From: a virus
Lineage: Duplodnaviria > Caudoviricetes
DNA: 64,000 bases
IMG/VR virus record: IMGVR_UViG_3300037047_000246
Strand: one strand, 5' to 3'
The position numbers and the translations under genes are program-made. Below, one piece after another: positions 9,779 to 20,303 of this stretch (position 1 is its first letter; the number at the start of each line of letters is the position of its first letter). Under the pieces are notes generated by a model. It made no database searches, was not told the DNA's origin, and worked only from the letters and a program-made list of their open reading frames with translations.

Positions 9779-10401
9779 ACGACAGACTTGACGCTGTGCG
9801 CGCGGGCGTAGCTCACTTGAGCGCCTACCGAGACGTCATGCTGTCTCAGGTTGCAACTGCTGAGGCGAAAGTGTCAAAGCTGCAACGGCGCTCCGAGCTT
9901 CTGCAAAAAGCATCAGATGTTTTCAAGGAATGGCTTGACGATTCGCTCAAGCAGAACGTCGGCGCCATCGGGGACTTGGTCACAACTGGTTTGCAGCACA
10001 TTGTGCACGACCAGAGTTTGACTTTCAAAATCAAGCAGGAGATGAAGTTCAATCGGTTGTCCATGAGGTTTGCCATAGAAGACGACGGCGTCGAAGGCGA
10101 CCCGATGGCTTCGTTTGGCGGAGGAGCGGTGCTCACAGCCTCTCTTATTTTGCGCCTTGCGATCATGGCGCGTTTGGGCATGGGCAACCTACTTCTGCTG
10201 GACGAGTCCATGCACGCTTTGGCGAACAGGTACGTGCCGGCGGCGGCGGCGTTCATGCGGCAACTTTCTGAACAGACCGGCATCAACATACTTATGGTGA
10301 CGCACAACGAGGAGTTTCTTAACTACGCCCACACCGCATATGAGGGTCGCAAAGAAGGGGCTTTGCGGCTGCATAAGCGCAAAGCGTCAGGTGACCAGTG
10401 A
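9775..10401 (+). CDS. SbcC/Rad50 ABC-ATPase C-terminal half
   Basis: Signature-like SFGGG; Walker B LLLLDES; H-loop ILMVTHN; N-terminal coiled coil; no Walker A. Confidence 0.8.
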   Translation: MNDRLDAVRAGVAHLSAYRDVMLSQVATAEAKVSKLQRRSELLQKASDVFKEWLDDSLKQNVGAIGDLVTTGLQHIVHDQSLTFKIKQEMKFNRLSMRFAIEDDGVEGDPMASFGGGAVLTASLILRLAIMARLGMGNLLLLDESMHALANRYVPAAAAFMRQLSEQTGINILMVTHNEEFLNYAHTAYEGRKEGALRLHKRKASGDQ

Positions 10402-10982
10402 AATCGCAAGAAGATGTAAGGCAGCGATTGGAAAAGCTGCGTCTCAGATATATGAAGCGCCACTGCGCCGAGGTGCTGTCTAGGAAGCCTCAGAACTGCA
10501 TGTTCAATCGTGAGCATACACCCACCCAACTGAAGCCTGACATCTTGACAGAGATGGAACTGGCTCCTCGTATTTCCAAAACGCTGGTTGTGTTTCAGCA
10601 AGACGCTACTATTCGTTTGTGCATGCTTGGATCTGAATCCGTCCAGTTTTGGAGTGGAGATATTTGCGATTCGGAAAACGTGGCCAAGCAGTGCAAATAC
10701 TTCCAGCCAAAGCTGACAGACAAGCAGGCGGCGGACGAATTTTGTGCCAAGATGGCTGACGACGATTTTGTCTATGCGAACTACCAGGACATTGCTGCCT
10801 TGCAGTGGGTGATTGAAGACAGAATATACAAAACGCCACTTTCGTGGTGGGGCAGGTTGCTGCTGTGGTTCCATATTTTGGTCCGCAGAGCTTACCGGCC
10901 CAAAATGCTTCCGCCTGCTTCTGACGAACCGATTCCGGGAGATCTGTGGCAAAATGCTGATGCTGAAGATACTGGAAAATGA
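10398..10982 (+). CDS. Hypothetical Cys-containing protein
   Basis: 194-aa ORF overlapping its neighbours in operon fashion. Confidence 0.55.
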   Translation: MKSQEDVRQRLEKLRLRYMKRHCAEVLSRKPQNCMFNREHTPTQLKPDILTEMELAPRISKTLVVFQQDATIRLCMLGSESVQFWSGDICDSENVAKQCKYFQPKLTDKQAADEFCAKMADDDFVYANYQDIAALQWVIEDRIYKTPLSWWGRLLLWFHILVRRAYRPKMLPPASDEPIPGDLWQNADAEDTGK

Positions 10983-11529
10983 TCTGCATAGGTCAAAGAA
11001 TCAGTCAGCTTTGCCTTTGATTGTGGAAGTGCCGGCCATTCCTGATTTCCTGCCTGCCCTTGTTTCCAACAGCACTGGAAAATTTTTGGTGGCAAGACGG
11101 CTCACCGGGGACAACCGGATCAGAGTTGGCGTCTTCCAACATGACTCAGACAAGATAGACCAGCTGATAGGTCCCATGGTTCAGGCCGCCCTGTCCATGT
11201 CGCACGAGGAGGGGTGGCCGAACGTCTTTGGGGCGAGCGAATTCAAGAAGGCTTTCGACTATATAAAAACGCAGAGCAAGATGCCGGCGCAGCCTCACGT
11301 GTGTTTGGTTCCAGAGTCTTGGCCTCAAGACAAGATCTCCAAACTGTTTGGCACGGACGCGAACATAGCGAAATATCGCAAGTACTGCAGAGTGATTGCG
11401 GCCGGCGTGCCTTGCGTAGTTTTCCTATCCAGACCCGACATGGTGGGTCTTTACACGTATTTTTGTGGCCTCAACACCATCGCCTTGCTGCTTCATAATG
11501 TGAAAAAAGGCATGGCTTTCTGCACATGA
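10954..11529 (+). CDS. Hypothetical protein
   Basis: ORF 10813-11529; first ATG at 10954; stop overlaps the primase start. Confidence 0.55.
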   Translation: MLMLKILENDLHRSKNQSALPLIVEVPAIPDFLPALVSNSTGKFLVARRLTGDNRIRVGVFQHDSDKIDQLIGPMVQAALSMSHEEGWPNVFGASEFKKAFDYIKTQSKMPAQPHVCLVPESWPQDKISKLFGTDANIAKYRKYCRVIAAGVPCVVFLSRPDMVGLYTYFCGLNTIALLLHNVKKGMAFCT

Positions 11530-12335
11530 CTGTGGTCGATCGTTTCGTGGAGTGGGCGCACACCGGACTGATGCAGTCTCAAGAAGCGCAGCAGTATCTG
11601 CTCGGCAGAGGCGTGTCCGAAGAGCAGTGGATTCGACACAGAATGGGGTACGTGATAGGCGATTATTGTCCTGATTCCGGGTCCGATCCAGGCCACAGCG
11701 GGTGTTGCGGGGAGTCTAGCGACTGGAGTCAATGGTGCGATTCGTGCAGAATGATTCGGTGGTCGTCTGCCTGGGAAGATCAGGAGAACGGACCTCGGCG
11801 CGCTGTAGCGGGTCGCAAGATGGCCGGATGTGTGGTGCTTCCTCTGACGTCGTACTCCGGGGCCGTCGTTGGGTTTCAGACGCGCTCCATCCAGGGCAAG
11901 GTATTCGACTCTTTCTCGCTCTCCAGAAGGCCAGAAGGATACTTTTTCGGCGCCGCGTCGAATATGGGTCCCATATGGTCTACCAGAAAAGTGGTGGTGG
12001 TAGAAGGGCCCTTTGATCATTTAGTAATTGAACGCCTGGTCACTAGAAACGTTGTTGCGCTCATCACCAACACCGCCAATCGTGTCCAGACAAAGTTCTT
12101 CCGCCGCTTTGTGGAGTCTGTCGATTTGCTGCTGGACAAAGACGTCGCTGGCCGAGACGGGGCCGAGTCCCTGCAAGCTAAGCTACAAGGCGGTCCATAC
12201 GTTCGGACTGTCAAGTTCGATGTAAAGGATCCGAGCGGGGCCAGATGTAAGGACCCGAACGAGGCATGGAAAGCGATGGGCGACGTTCGCTTTTCCAGAT
12301 ATTTCACTCAGTTGCTTGATGTTGTGCGTTACTAG
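11526..12335 (+). CDS. DnaG-type primase catalytic (TOPRIM) domain, without N-terminal Zn-binding domain
   Basis: YLLGRGV; VVGFQTR; VVVVEGPFD; LLLDKDVAGRDGA; CKDPNE. Confidence 0.8.
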   Translation: MTVVDRFVEWAHTGLMQSQEAQQYLLGRGVSEEQWIRHRMGYVIGDYCPDSGSDPGHSGCCGESSDWSQWCDSCRMIRWSSAWEDQENGPRRAVAGRKMAGCVVLPLTSYSGAVVGFQTRSIQGKVFDSFSLSRRPEGYFFGAASNMGPIWSTRKVVVVEGPFDHLVIERLVTRNVVALITNTANRVQTKFFRRFVESVDLLLDKDVAGRDGAESLQAKLQGGPYVRTVKFDVKDPSGARCKDPNEAWKAMGDVRFSRYFTQLLDVVRY

Positions 12336-12347
12336 GAGAACACATTC

Positions 12348-12809
12348 ATGGAACAGCCCAAGAAGGCCGCCCGTCCGAAGCCTGAGCCGATCATGTACGA
12401 CAAGCACGACTTGTCCAGGGAAATAGCAGAAAAGTTGATTCCCAAGTTTCACGCTGAGCTAGCTTCAGCCAAGTTTGAATACCTGTGCCGCACCAAGTCG
12501 GCGAAGGCTGGCGGCAAGCCTGTGCCAGGCAAAATCTACAAGCCTGGTGGCTGGTCCAAGTTTCTTGTTGGTGTCGACTTCGTGCTGGAAATCGCGCTGG
12601 ACTGTTGGAACCAGTTGGAGCCCAACCAGCGCAGTGCTCTTGTCGACCATCTGTTGAGTCGGTGCGTTGGCACCGAAGACGAGCAAAACGGCGAAATGAA
12701 GTGGAGCCTCAGGCCGCCTGAGGTGCAAGAGTTTCCCGAAGTGGCAGAGCGCCACGGGTGCTGGAACGAGGGGCTTTCTGAATTCAGGCAGTGCTTGGTG
12801 AATAAGTGA
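12348..12809 (+). CDS. Phage metallopeptidase-like protein with degenerate HExxH
   Basis: W.QL...QRSALVDHLLSRC...WSLRPPEVQEFPEVAERHGCW follows the putative phage metallopeptidase pattern; AGGAG RBS. Confidence 0.6.
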   Translation: MEQPKKAARPKPEPIMYDKHDLSREIAEKLIPKFHAELASAKFEYLCRTKSAKAGGKPVPGKIYKPGGWSKFLVGVDFVLEIALDCWNQLEPNQRSALVDHLLSRCVGTEDEQNGEMKWSLRPPEVQEFPEVAERHGCWNEGLSEFRQCLVNK

Positions 12810-12813
12810 AGCC

Positions 12814-13028
12814 ATGGCTCCCAGAAAACGCGCCACGCCGTCCAAGCAGATCGGCGACATCCTTTGGGAGCGGGTCTTCCAGATCAAGTGTAAGTCAAAA
12901 AACGGGCAGACGCTCACAGACGAGGAGCGCGGCTTGATCGAAGAGGCCTTCCAAACCGATCCTAGGCGGTATCGCGATTTGGAGGGAGAAGTTTTCAACG
13001 CGACGGTGCCCTTTGGATCGTCTGCCCG

Positions 13029-13041
<13 letters not shown>
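12814..13041 (+). CDS. Hypothetical protein
   Basis: 75-aa ORF tightly packed in the operon. Confidence 0.5.
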
Positions 13042-14393
<1,352 letters not shown>

Positions 14394-14897
14394 GTGGGTC
14401 GTAGTCGGCCTTTCTGCGGCTGGCGAGCGAGAAACCAACCTTTCTGCAATAGCCAACGCTGTAAAACGGATACTCGGGTGCGACGTAGAAGTGTTTGTGC
14501 CCGCTGTGTCGCAGCAAGCTAGAGACGAGTCTCATACAGCGGTATATATGGACGGATACATATTCGTCAAATACCGCGACAACGTTTCATTCATCAAGCT
14601 CCAAGACACCATGTACTTCGGCCAAGTGTTGTGTTGCAAAGTAAGAGGAGGAGCTGTGGACTACTCGCTTGTGGACGACCGGGTGCTGGACCCTTTGCGC
14701 AAAGGCGTCAAAAACCTCAGCGTGTGCAAGTTTTCTGCTGGCGACTCGGTGCGAGTCACCAGAGGCGAGTTCAAAAACTTGAGAGGCGTAGTCCGCCTGA
14801 TTCACGAAGGTGGCGAAACTGTCTTGGTGGACGTGAGTCAGAGGTCCAAACCGATGCTCATAGACTTTCCTGTAATATACCTTCAGGTGGTGGATCC

Positions 14898-15908
14898 GTG
14901 AGAAAACACATCCTGATCGACGGCGGAAACCTGCTGCACCGGGCGTTTCACGTGTTTGTGGCTCCAGCAGAAGACTCCGGGGCGCGCCAGTTGTGCTCCG
15001 ACTTCGGATATCCGACGGGACTCGTGTATGGCCCTCTCAGCTTCTTAGCTGATTGGATCCCTACGCTCGGGCGGTTTGATGCCGTGCACATGTTCATGGA
15101 CGGTCGGCCGGCTAGGCGCAAGTCCATGGACCAGACGTACAAAGTCAGGGACACGTCTAGGCGGTCCATGTTTAGCGCAGAGCGAAAACCGCTGGAGCTG
15201 CCGAGCGGCTGGATTGCCGCTGACGAAGTGGACGTGCTTTTGCACATCTTGGAGCTGCTTGGTGTCAACGTATATGCGGACCCTGGGGAAGAAGCCGACG
15301 ACCTCATTGCCAGCTTCGTGAAGGCGCATGAGGACGATGTGCATGTTGTCGTGTCGTCCGACAAAGACTTTTTTCAGCTTCTGACCAATCCGCGCGTTGT
15401 GCAGTACAGGCCTGGCGCCAGCGGCCAGCGCCTGGTCGACGCTGAAGCGGCTGAAGCGTACTGGGCTACGCTCAATCGTGGCAATCATCCGCCCGTACCT
15501 TGCGCCCACGTCAGAATGTTCAAGAGCCTGTGCGGTGACGCGTCAGACACCATAGTGGGGGTGCCAAGGCTTCGCAAGAGGACTGCTGCAGCTGTGGCTG
15601 GGTATGCGGATGTGGACTGCATAGCTGCAGCTGGCTGGCCTGGTTTTTCCGAGCTGGAAAAGCAGCGAGCGCAGGAGCTGTTGGATAGACTGAAGCTAAA
15701 CTGGCAATTGGTTGGTTTGATAGATACTCTGCCAGTGGAGCCGTTGCGCAGGGTCGAGCCTAACGCTGGTTTGGCAGCTGTGGTCCTGAAGCATTTGAAC
15801 ATCTGCTTGGACACCACCTTTTTGGTGCCAGGCGCAAGCAGGATGTCCGTAGCCGATGCTCCGGCAAAAGTGGTGAAGCTCGACGACAACTGGCTGGACG
15901 CGCTGTGA
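14898..15908 (+). CDS. 5'-3' exonuclease / flap endonuclease (PolI N-terminal family)
   Basis: ILIDGGNLLHRAF; EADDLIAS; VSSDKDFFQL; LCGDASDTIVGV; GTG start overlaps the NusG stop. Confidence 0.9.
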   Translation: MRKHILIDGGNLLHRAFHVFVAPAEDSGARQLCSDFGYPTGLVYGPLSFLADWIPTLGRFDAVHMFMDGRPARRKSMDQTYKVRDTSRRSMFSAERKPLELPSGWIAADEVDVLLHILELLGVNVYADPGEEADDLIASFVKAHEDDVHVVVSSDKDFFQLLTNPRVVQYRPGASGQRLVDAEAAEAYWATLNRGNHPPVPCAHVRMFKSLCGDASDTIVGVPRLRKRTAAAVAGYADVDCIAAAGWPGFSELEKQRAQELLDRLKLNWQLVGLIDTLPVEPLRRVEPNAGLAAVVLKHLNICLDTTFLVPGASRMSVADAPAKVVKLDDNWLDAL

Positions 15909-15953
15909 AGCAAATGTGCTCGCACGGCGCTGTTCGAGCTCGTTGAAAACTGC

Positions 15954-16388
15954 TCAGGGGATGTTCACCATAACCTCAGAGTGCCACCACTCTGAGATGA
16001 CTTCATGAGCGGAGAAAGGCACCTTTACGGGTGCTGCCAGGCCGCCTCCTGAAATCACGGCATACCCCATGTCCCGGTCTTCAAGGTCAACAGCGTCGAC
16101 CCTGATGGGTTCCATGACAGGATTTTGCGGGTCTTGCTGCTCTTGATTCCCGGACTGCTTACGGGCCGCGGCATCGGCCTGAAACTTGTTCTCAGCGTCG
16201 CATACCATCTGGACTATCGACAAGAGATCTCCGCCTGAGTTCACCACATCCATGAACGTTCCGTTTGCGTCCACGGCGGCGAGCATTCGGCGTAGTTCAG
16301 CGGCCACAAGCACCTTACTGGGCTGCTTGGAATTGGCTACTCGTTGAGCGATTTGATGCAACTTAGCTGCAAATTGGGCCGGGTTCAT
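15954..16388 (-). CDS. Hypothetical protein with N-terminal LHQIAQRVANSKQPS motif
   Basis: ORF 15954-16415; ATG at 16388; motif shared with the 59433 protein. Confidence 0.65.
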   Translation of the reverse strand: MNPAQFAAKLHQIAQRVANSKQPSKVLVAAELRRMLAAVDANGTFMDVVNSGGDLLSIVQMVCDAENKFQADAAARKQSGNQEQQDPQNPVMEPIRVDAVDLEDRDMGYAVISGGGLAAPVKVPFSAHEVISEWWHSEVMVNIP

Positions 16389-16395
16389 GTTCTGG

Positions 16396-16432
16396 CCAGT
16401 CAATAAAACATTCAAGATGCCTTATTGACTGG
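16396..16432. promoter_or_regulatory. 11-bp inverted repeat in a divergent intergenic region (candidate operator)
   Basis: CCAGTCAATAA-N15-TTATTGACTGG; each arm contains an outward-facing TTGACT. Confidence 0.5.
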
Positions 16433-16551
16433 TAGTGTAGTGTAGGCAATTCCTCTTCCTGGGTAATGGCCTGTCGCGATACGCACATCTATACGCAGAC
16501 TTTCCTCCCAAACCGATACGCATACCCACACCACCCAGGCTGGGGTCGGAA

Positions 16552-17331
16552 ATGTCTAACTATGTGATCATTCAGAATCCGAGTGATTTGTCTGCAAGGT
16601 TCAGCAACAGGGATCGTCTCGGATGGGACGGCCAGGAGCTGGACGTAGACGAACTGATAGAGCAGAATCTTGCGCCAGAAGAAGAGGAGGAGATAGACGG
16701 GACATGTCTCCCTGACTTCAGCCTGATCGAGCGATATCTAGACAGGATCCCGGACCGAGAAGCTGACCTGATCACCCTGTACTACAGGGACAGGATGAAG
16801 CAAGAGCAGATAGCAAAGCTGTTTAGGATCACACAAGCCGCAGTGTCATATAGACTTCATAGAGGCATTCGGCGCATTCAGTTTCTGCGAACCATTCCTG
16901 AGCTCATGCGGGACCAGTTCGAGCTTGAGCTCGGTCCGAAGTTCTCTGATCAAGACAGGGAAATTCTGTGGCGCATGTACGAGACGACGTGCCAATCGGA
17001 GATCGCCAAGCAAATGAACCTCACGCAAGGGCGAGTCAGGCACAGGTTCTTCAGATCGCTGGCGAGGGTCAAAGAGCTCATTCGCGAAGAAGTGCGCGAG
17101 GAGCAAGTGAGGATGCAGCTCAAGCACAAGAAAACAGGCCTGGACCCGGAGTCCGATGAAGCCAAGAAGGCAATATCGGACGTGGCCAACGCTGCCATCG
17201 ATTCGTCCAAGTATGCCAAATATTGGACAGTGTTCTTCGCCATTTCAGACAAACACTTCAACATACTTCACGAGGTGTCACTCCCTCAGTTCTTAGACCG
17301 CGGCGACGCTCAGATAATGACTATCAGGTGA
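16552..17331 (+). CDS. Sigma70 region-4-like regulator with two tandem HTH modules
   Basis: LITLYYRDRMKQEQIAKLFRITQAAVSYRLHRG and ILWRMYETTCQSEIAKQMNLTQGRVRHRFFRS; no clear region 2. Confidence 0.7.
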   Translation: MSNYVIIQNPSDLSARFSNRDRLGWDGQELDVDELIEQNLAPEEEEEIDGTCLPDFSLIERYLDRIPDREADLITLYYRDRMKQEQIAKLFRITQAAVSYRLHRGIRRIQFLRTIPELMRDQFELELGPKFSDQDREILWRMYETTCQSEIAKQMNLTQGRVRHRFFRSLARVKELIREEVREEQVRMQLKHKKTGLDPESDEAKKAISDVANAAIDSSKYAKYWTVFFAISDKHFNILHEVSLPQFLDRGDAQIMTIR

Positions 17332-17344
17332 TGTAACTTGGCGC

Positions 17345-19201
17345 ATGGCCAAAGACCTATCAGAACTGGGCATTCCGCAGTCCATAGTTAAAAATCCAGG
17401 ACAGGGCCCATTCAAAGGCAGCACAGTACTGACCGTCGTGTGCGCTTGCGGCGTCGAGATAGAGCTCAAAGTCAGCTCCATTCTTCGCACGATGCGGCGC
17501 GTCGGTCACTACAGGTGTCTGTCCTGCGGGATGCAGGCCAAACACAAAGATCCTGCTTATGCGAGGAAGCAGAGAGCCGGATCTTCCGACTCGTGGTCTC
17601 AAGAGCGCAGATTGCGCCAGTCATTGATATCCAAAAAGATGTGGACCGACGATAACTTCAGACTCCGGTTGACTGAAGCGTCGACCAGCGCTTGGGCAGA
17701 AGATGGTAAAAGGCAAAAGGCTTCCAAATTTGCCATCGGACTATGGCAGGACAGTGAGTACGTCGCCAAGCATGCACTTGCCCGCAGCACCGATGAGGCC
17801 CGAGAAACTCGTTCCAACGCCGCCAAAGCAGTGTGGCGTCGACCTGAATATGCTGAACAGCAGTTGGCAATCAAGGCGTCGGCAGAGCACGTAGGAATCC
17901 AGCGCAGACTCGCGCTGGAGCGGTTTGATAACCCCGAATATCGCCAGCACATTGCCGAATCTTTGCGCACCTACTGGTCGGATCCTGTGCTCAGAGCAGA
18001 AATGTCGGCTCGAGTGCTGTCTTGGTGGGATGACCCGGCGTACCGGGAAAAGCAAGCTCGCGCCGCCGCAAGTCCGGACTTGATCGCAGTTAAGTCCGAA
18101 AATGCAAGAGCGCAGTGGCAGAAGCCTGAGACCAGGCAGGCCATCATTGACGGCATCAAGAAGGTGTGGAGGGACCCGGCCTATAGAGCTCGCGCATCGC
18201 AGATAGTCAAAGCGCTGTGGCAAAATGATGAATTTAAGAAGAAGCAAGCTGTTGGCAGGGCAGATATGCTCGCGAACGGCAAAGACAGCATACTGGAACG
18301 CACCGCCCAGATCTTGCTGGACTCACTGAAGATCCCATACGTGCGTCACCACGTGGTTGGGTATTTTGAATTCGATCTGCTCATTCCGTCGCACAATGTG
18401 CTTGTTGAATGCAACGGCGAGTACTGGCATTCGATGCGTAAGGATCGCGACGCTGCCAAGTTCACATATGTCGACACATACTTCCCTGAGTACAGCGTCT
18501 TGTATCTGTGGGAGCGCGACTTCCTCAACCCGAATCTGATTCGCCATAAGCTTTTGCGTGCGCTGTTTGGCGACGATGGTGGGCACCACGGAGAATGCGC
18601 AGATTTCAGCTTCGAAGACCTGGAAATTAAGCTTATGGACCCGAGAGCCAAAGCAGACAAGTCGTATTACTCCTATGCTGAAGAGTTTCTTCAGTCTTTT
18701 CACTATGCCGGGTTTGGCAGGTCGGCAAAGGCGGCGTACGGCGCGTACCTTGGCGACACTTTGATCGGCGTGTGCAAATTTTGTCCGCCCATAAGGGCAG
18801 AGGTGGCCACTTCGATGGGTATGGCGCAGAGCCAGGTGCTGGAGCTAGACCGGTTCTGCATCCACCCAAGCTACCAGAAGAAGAACTTTGCTTCCTGGCT
18901 CGTTTCCAGATGCGCAAAGCTGGCTTTCTCAGCCCACCCCGGCGCGGCTTGCCTGGTCAGCTTCGCAGACTCCACGTTCGGGCACGTCGGCACCATCTAC
19001 AAAGCGGCAAACTGGAAGCAGGTTCGCATTGTGCCGCCGGACTACCACTATGTTAGCCCGGAGGGCTTCGTCGTGCACAAGAAGACGCTGTACGACCACG
19101 CTTCTCGCGTAGGGCGCAAAGAGGCGGAGTATGCGGCGCAGTTTGGCTACGCGAAAGCGTACGGCAAGTCGAAGACCAAATTCCGATTCGATAGGCCGTA
19201 A
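17345..19201 (+). CDS. Hef-like putative homing endonuclease with W-x-DP-x-YR helical repeats, DUF559-like nuclease and GNAT-like domain
   Basis: About ten W.(D/N)P(A/E)YR repeats; FEFDLLI..HNVLVECNGEYWH; HYAG...LELDRFC...SWL...VSFADSTFGHVGTIYKAANW. Confidence 0.7.
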   Translation: MAKDLSELGIPQSIVKNPGQGPFKGSTVLTVVCACGVEIELKVSSILRTMRRVGHYRCLSCGMQAKHKDPAYARKQRAGSSDSWSQERRLRQSLISKKMWTDDNFRLRLTEASTSAWAEDGKRQKASKFAIGLWQDSEYVAKHALARSTDEARETRSNAAKAVWRRPEYAEQQLAIKASAEHVGIQRRLALERFDNPEYRQHIAESLRTYWSDPVLRAEMSARVLSWWDDPAYREKQARAAASPDLIAVKSENARAQWQKPETRQAIIDGIKKVWRDPAYRARASQIVKALWQNDEFKKKQAVGRADMLANGKDSILERTAQILLDSLKIPYVRHHVVGYFEFDLLIPSHNVLVECNGEYWHSMRKDRDAAKFTYVDTYFPEYSVLYLWERDFLNPNLIRHKLLRALFGDDGGHHGECADFSFEDLEIKLMDPRAKADKSYYSYAEEFLQSFHYAGFGRSAKAAYGAYLGDTLIGVCKFCPPIRAEVATSMGMAQSQVLELDRFCIHPSYQKKNFASWLVSRCAKLAFSAHPGAACLVSFADSTFGHVGTIYKAANWKQVRIVPPDYHYVSPEGFVVHKKTLYDHASRVGRKEAEYAAQFGYAKAYGKSKTKFRFDRP

Positions 19202-19380
19202 GCTTTCTGCGAGCGAGTGTACTTTGCTAGTGACCCGGGGGGATCTCTCGCTACCCGGCTCTGATCTTTCAAAATTGACTCTGCGCACACGGTGCTACAC
19301 CTGTGCAGGGACAACCGGACGACAACCTCTCGCAAAGCGTGCTACGGTGCACGTTCCGGACTTTGTTTGAGAATATGGCT
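19202..19380 (+). promoter_or_regulatory. CRISPR leader
   Basis: Non-coding region next to the conserved end of the array; contains TTGACT at 19275; degenerate repeats are at the opposite end. Confidence 0.65.
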
Positions 19381-20220
19381 ATTGCAACGCCTAAAGATTG
19401 CTCGATACGTCGAGACTTGTCCGAGAGGCTGCAAAAAGTGGAGCCGACTCAGGGATTGCAACGCCTAAAGATTGCTCGATACGTCGAGACTTATACGGCT
19501 GACCGGGCAGACTGCGCCGCGCCACTATTGCAACGCCTAAAGATTGCTCGATACGTCGAGACGCTCCAGTGGGGCGTGGCTCGCCACGTTTCCCATGTAT
19601 TGCAACGCCTAAAGATTGCTCGATACGTCGAGACGCCCTATCGCTCTCTCGTTCACACCCATCCTCCTAATTGCAACGCCTAAAGATTGCTCGATACGTC
19701 GAGACCTTGCTGTGCCGCAGCAGCTGGCGGCAGCTGCGGCCAAATTGCAACGCCTAAAGATTGCTCGATACGTCGAGACATTCCGCAGCCACTTGACTCG
19801 CCTGTCAAGCTCCACTCATTGCAACGCCTAAAGATTGCTCGATACGTCGAGACGATTCCGCGCACAGAGCCCTAGCCTCAGCACGGGTGTAATTGCAACG
19901 CCTAAAGATTGCTCGATACGTCGAGACCCTCCATCACCACAAGCAACATCGCCACTGCCCGCACATTGCAACGCCTAAAGATTGCTCGATACGTCGAGAC
20001 CCTAGCCTGGATTTGAGCATGGCGATCGCCGAACGCGAGATTGCAACGCCTAAAGATTGCTCGATACGTCGAGACATAGCCTCAATCTCTGGCCTATCAT
20101 CGAGCGCAGATACTGCAACGCCTAAAGATTGCTCGATACGTCGAGACAAGCACATGCTACCCCGCTGTAACCGTGCGTCGCAAAATTGAAATACCCAAAG
20201 ATTGCTCGATACGTCGAGAC
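19381..20220 (+). CRISPR. Type V (CasPhi/Cas12j-type) array: 12 repeats, 11 spacers of 35-39 nt
   Basis: 36-nt repeat ATTGCAACGCCTAAAGATTGCTCGATACGTCGAGAC starts at 19381, 19455, 19527, 19599, 19670, 19744, 19818, 19892, 19965, 20040, 20112 (T2>C) and 20185 (5'-degenerate). 3' hairpin CTCGA-TACG-TCGAG. A remnant lies at 20235-20253. Confidence 0.98.
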
Positions 20221-20303
20221 ACGGAACCGAGGACGATCTCGAGATGTCGAGACACGTCGACCAGACCCGCGGAAATTTGACGCGGTCCGTTGTAATGCTA
20301 ATC

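Noticed and set aside
19275-19301. Sigma70 promoter in the CRISPR leader (TTGACT...TACACC)
   Set aside because: The spacer is only 15 nt and the -10 is weak; kept only as part of the leader call.
19563-19817. Internal hairpins in spacers 3, 5 and 6; shared TAGCCT in spacers 7, 9 and 10
   Set aside because: Short and expected in GC-rich sequence; no consistent position relative to the repeat.
20202-20303. 34-aa N-terminal extension of CasPhi in the ORF track (797 aa)
   Set aside because: The TTG start lies inside repeat 12 and crosses the repeat remnant; ATG 20304 (or 20295) is more plausible.
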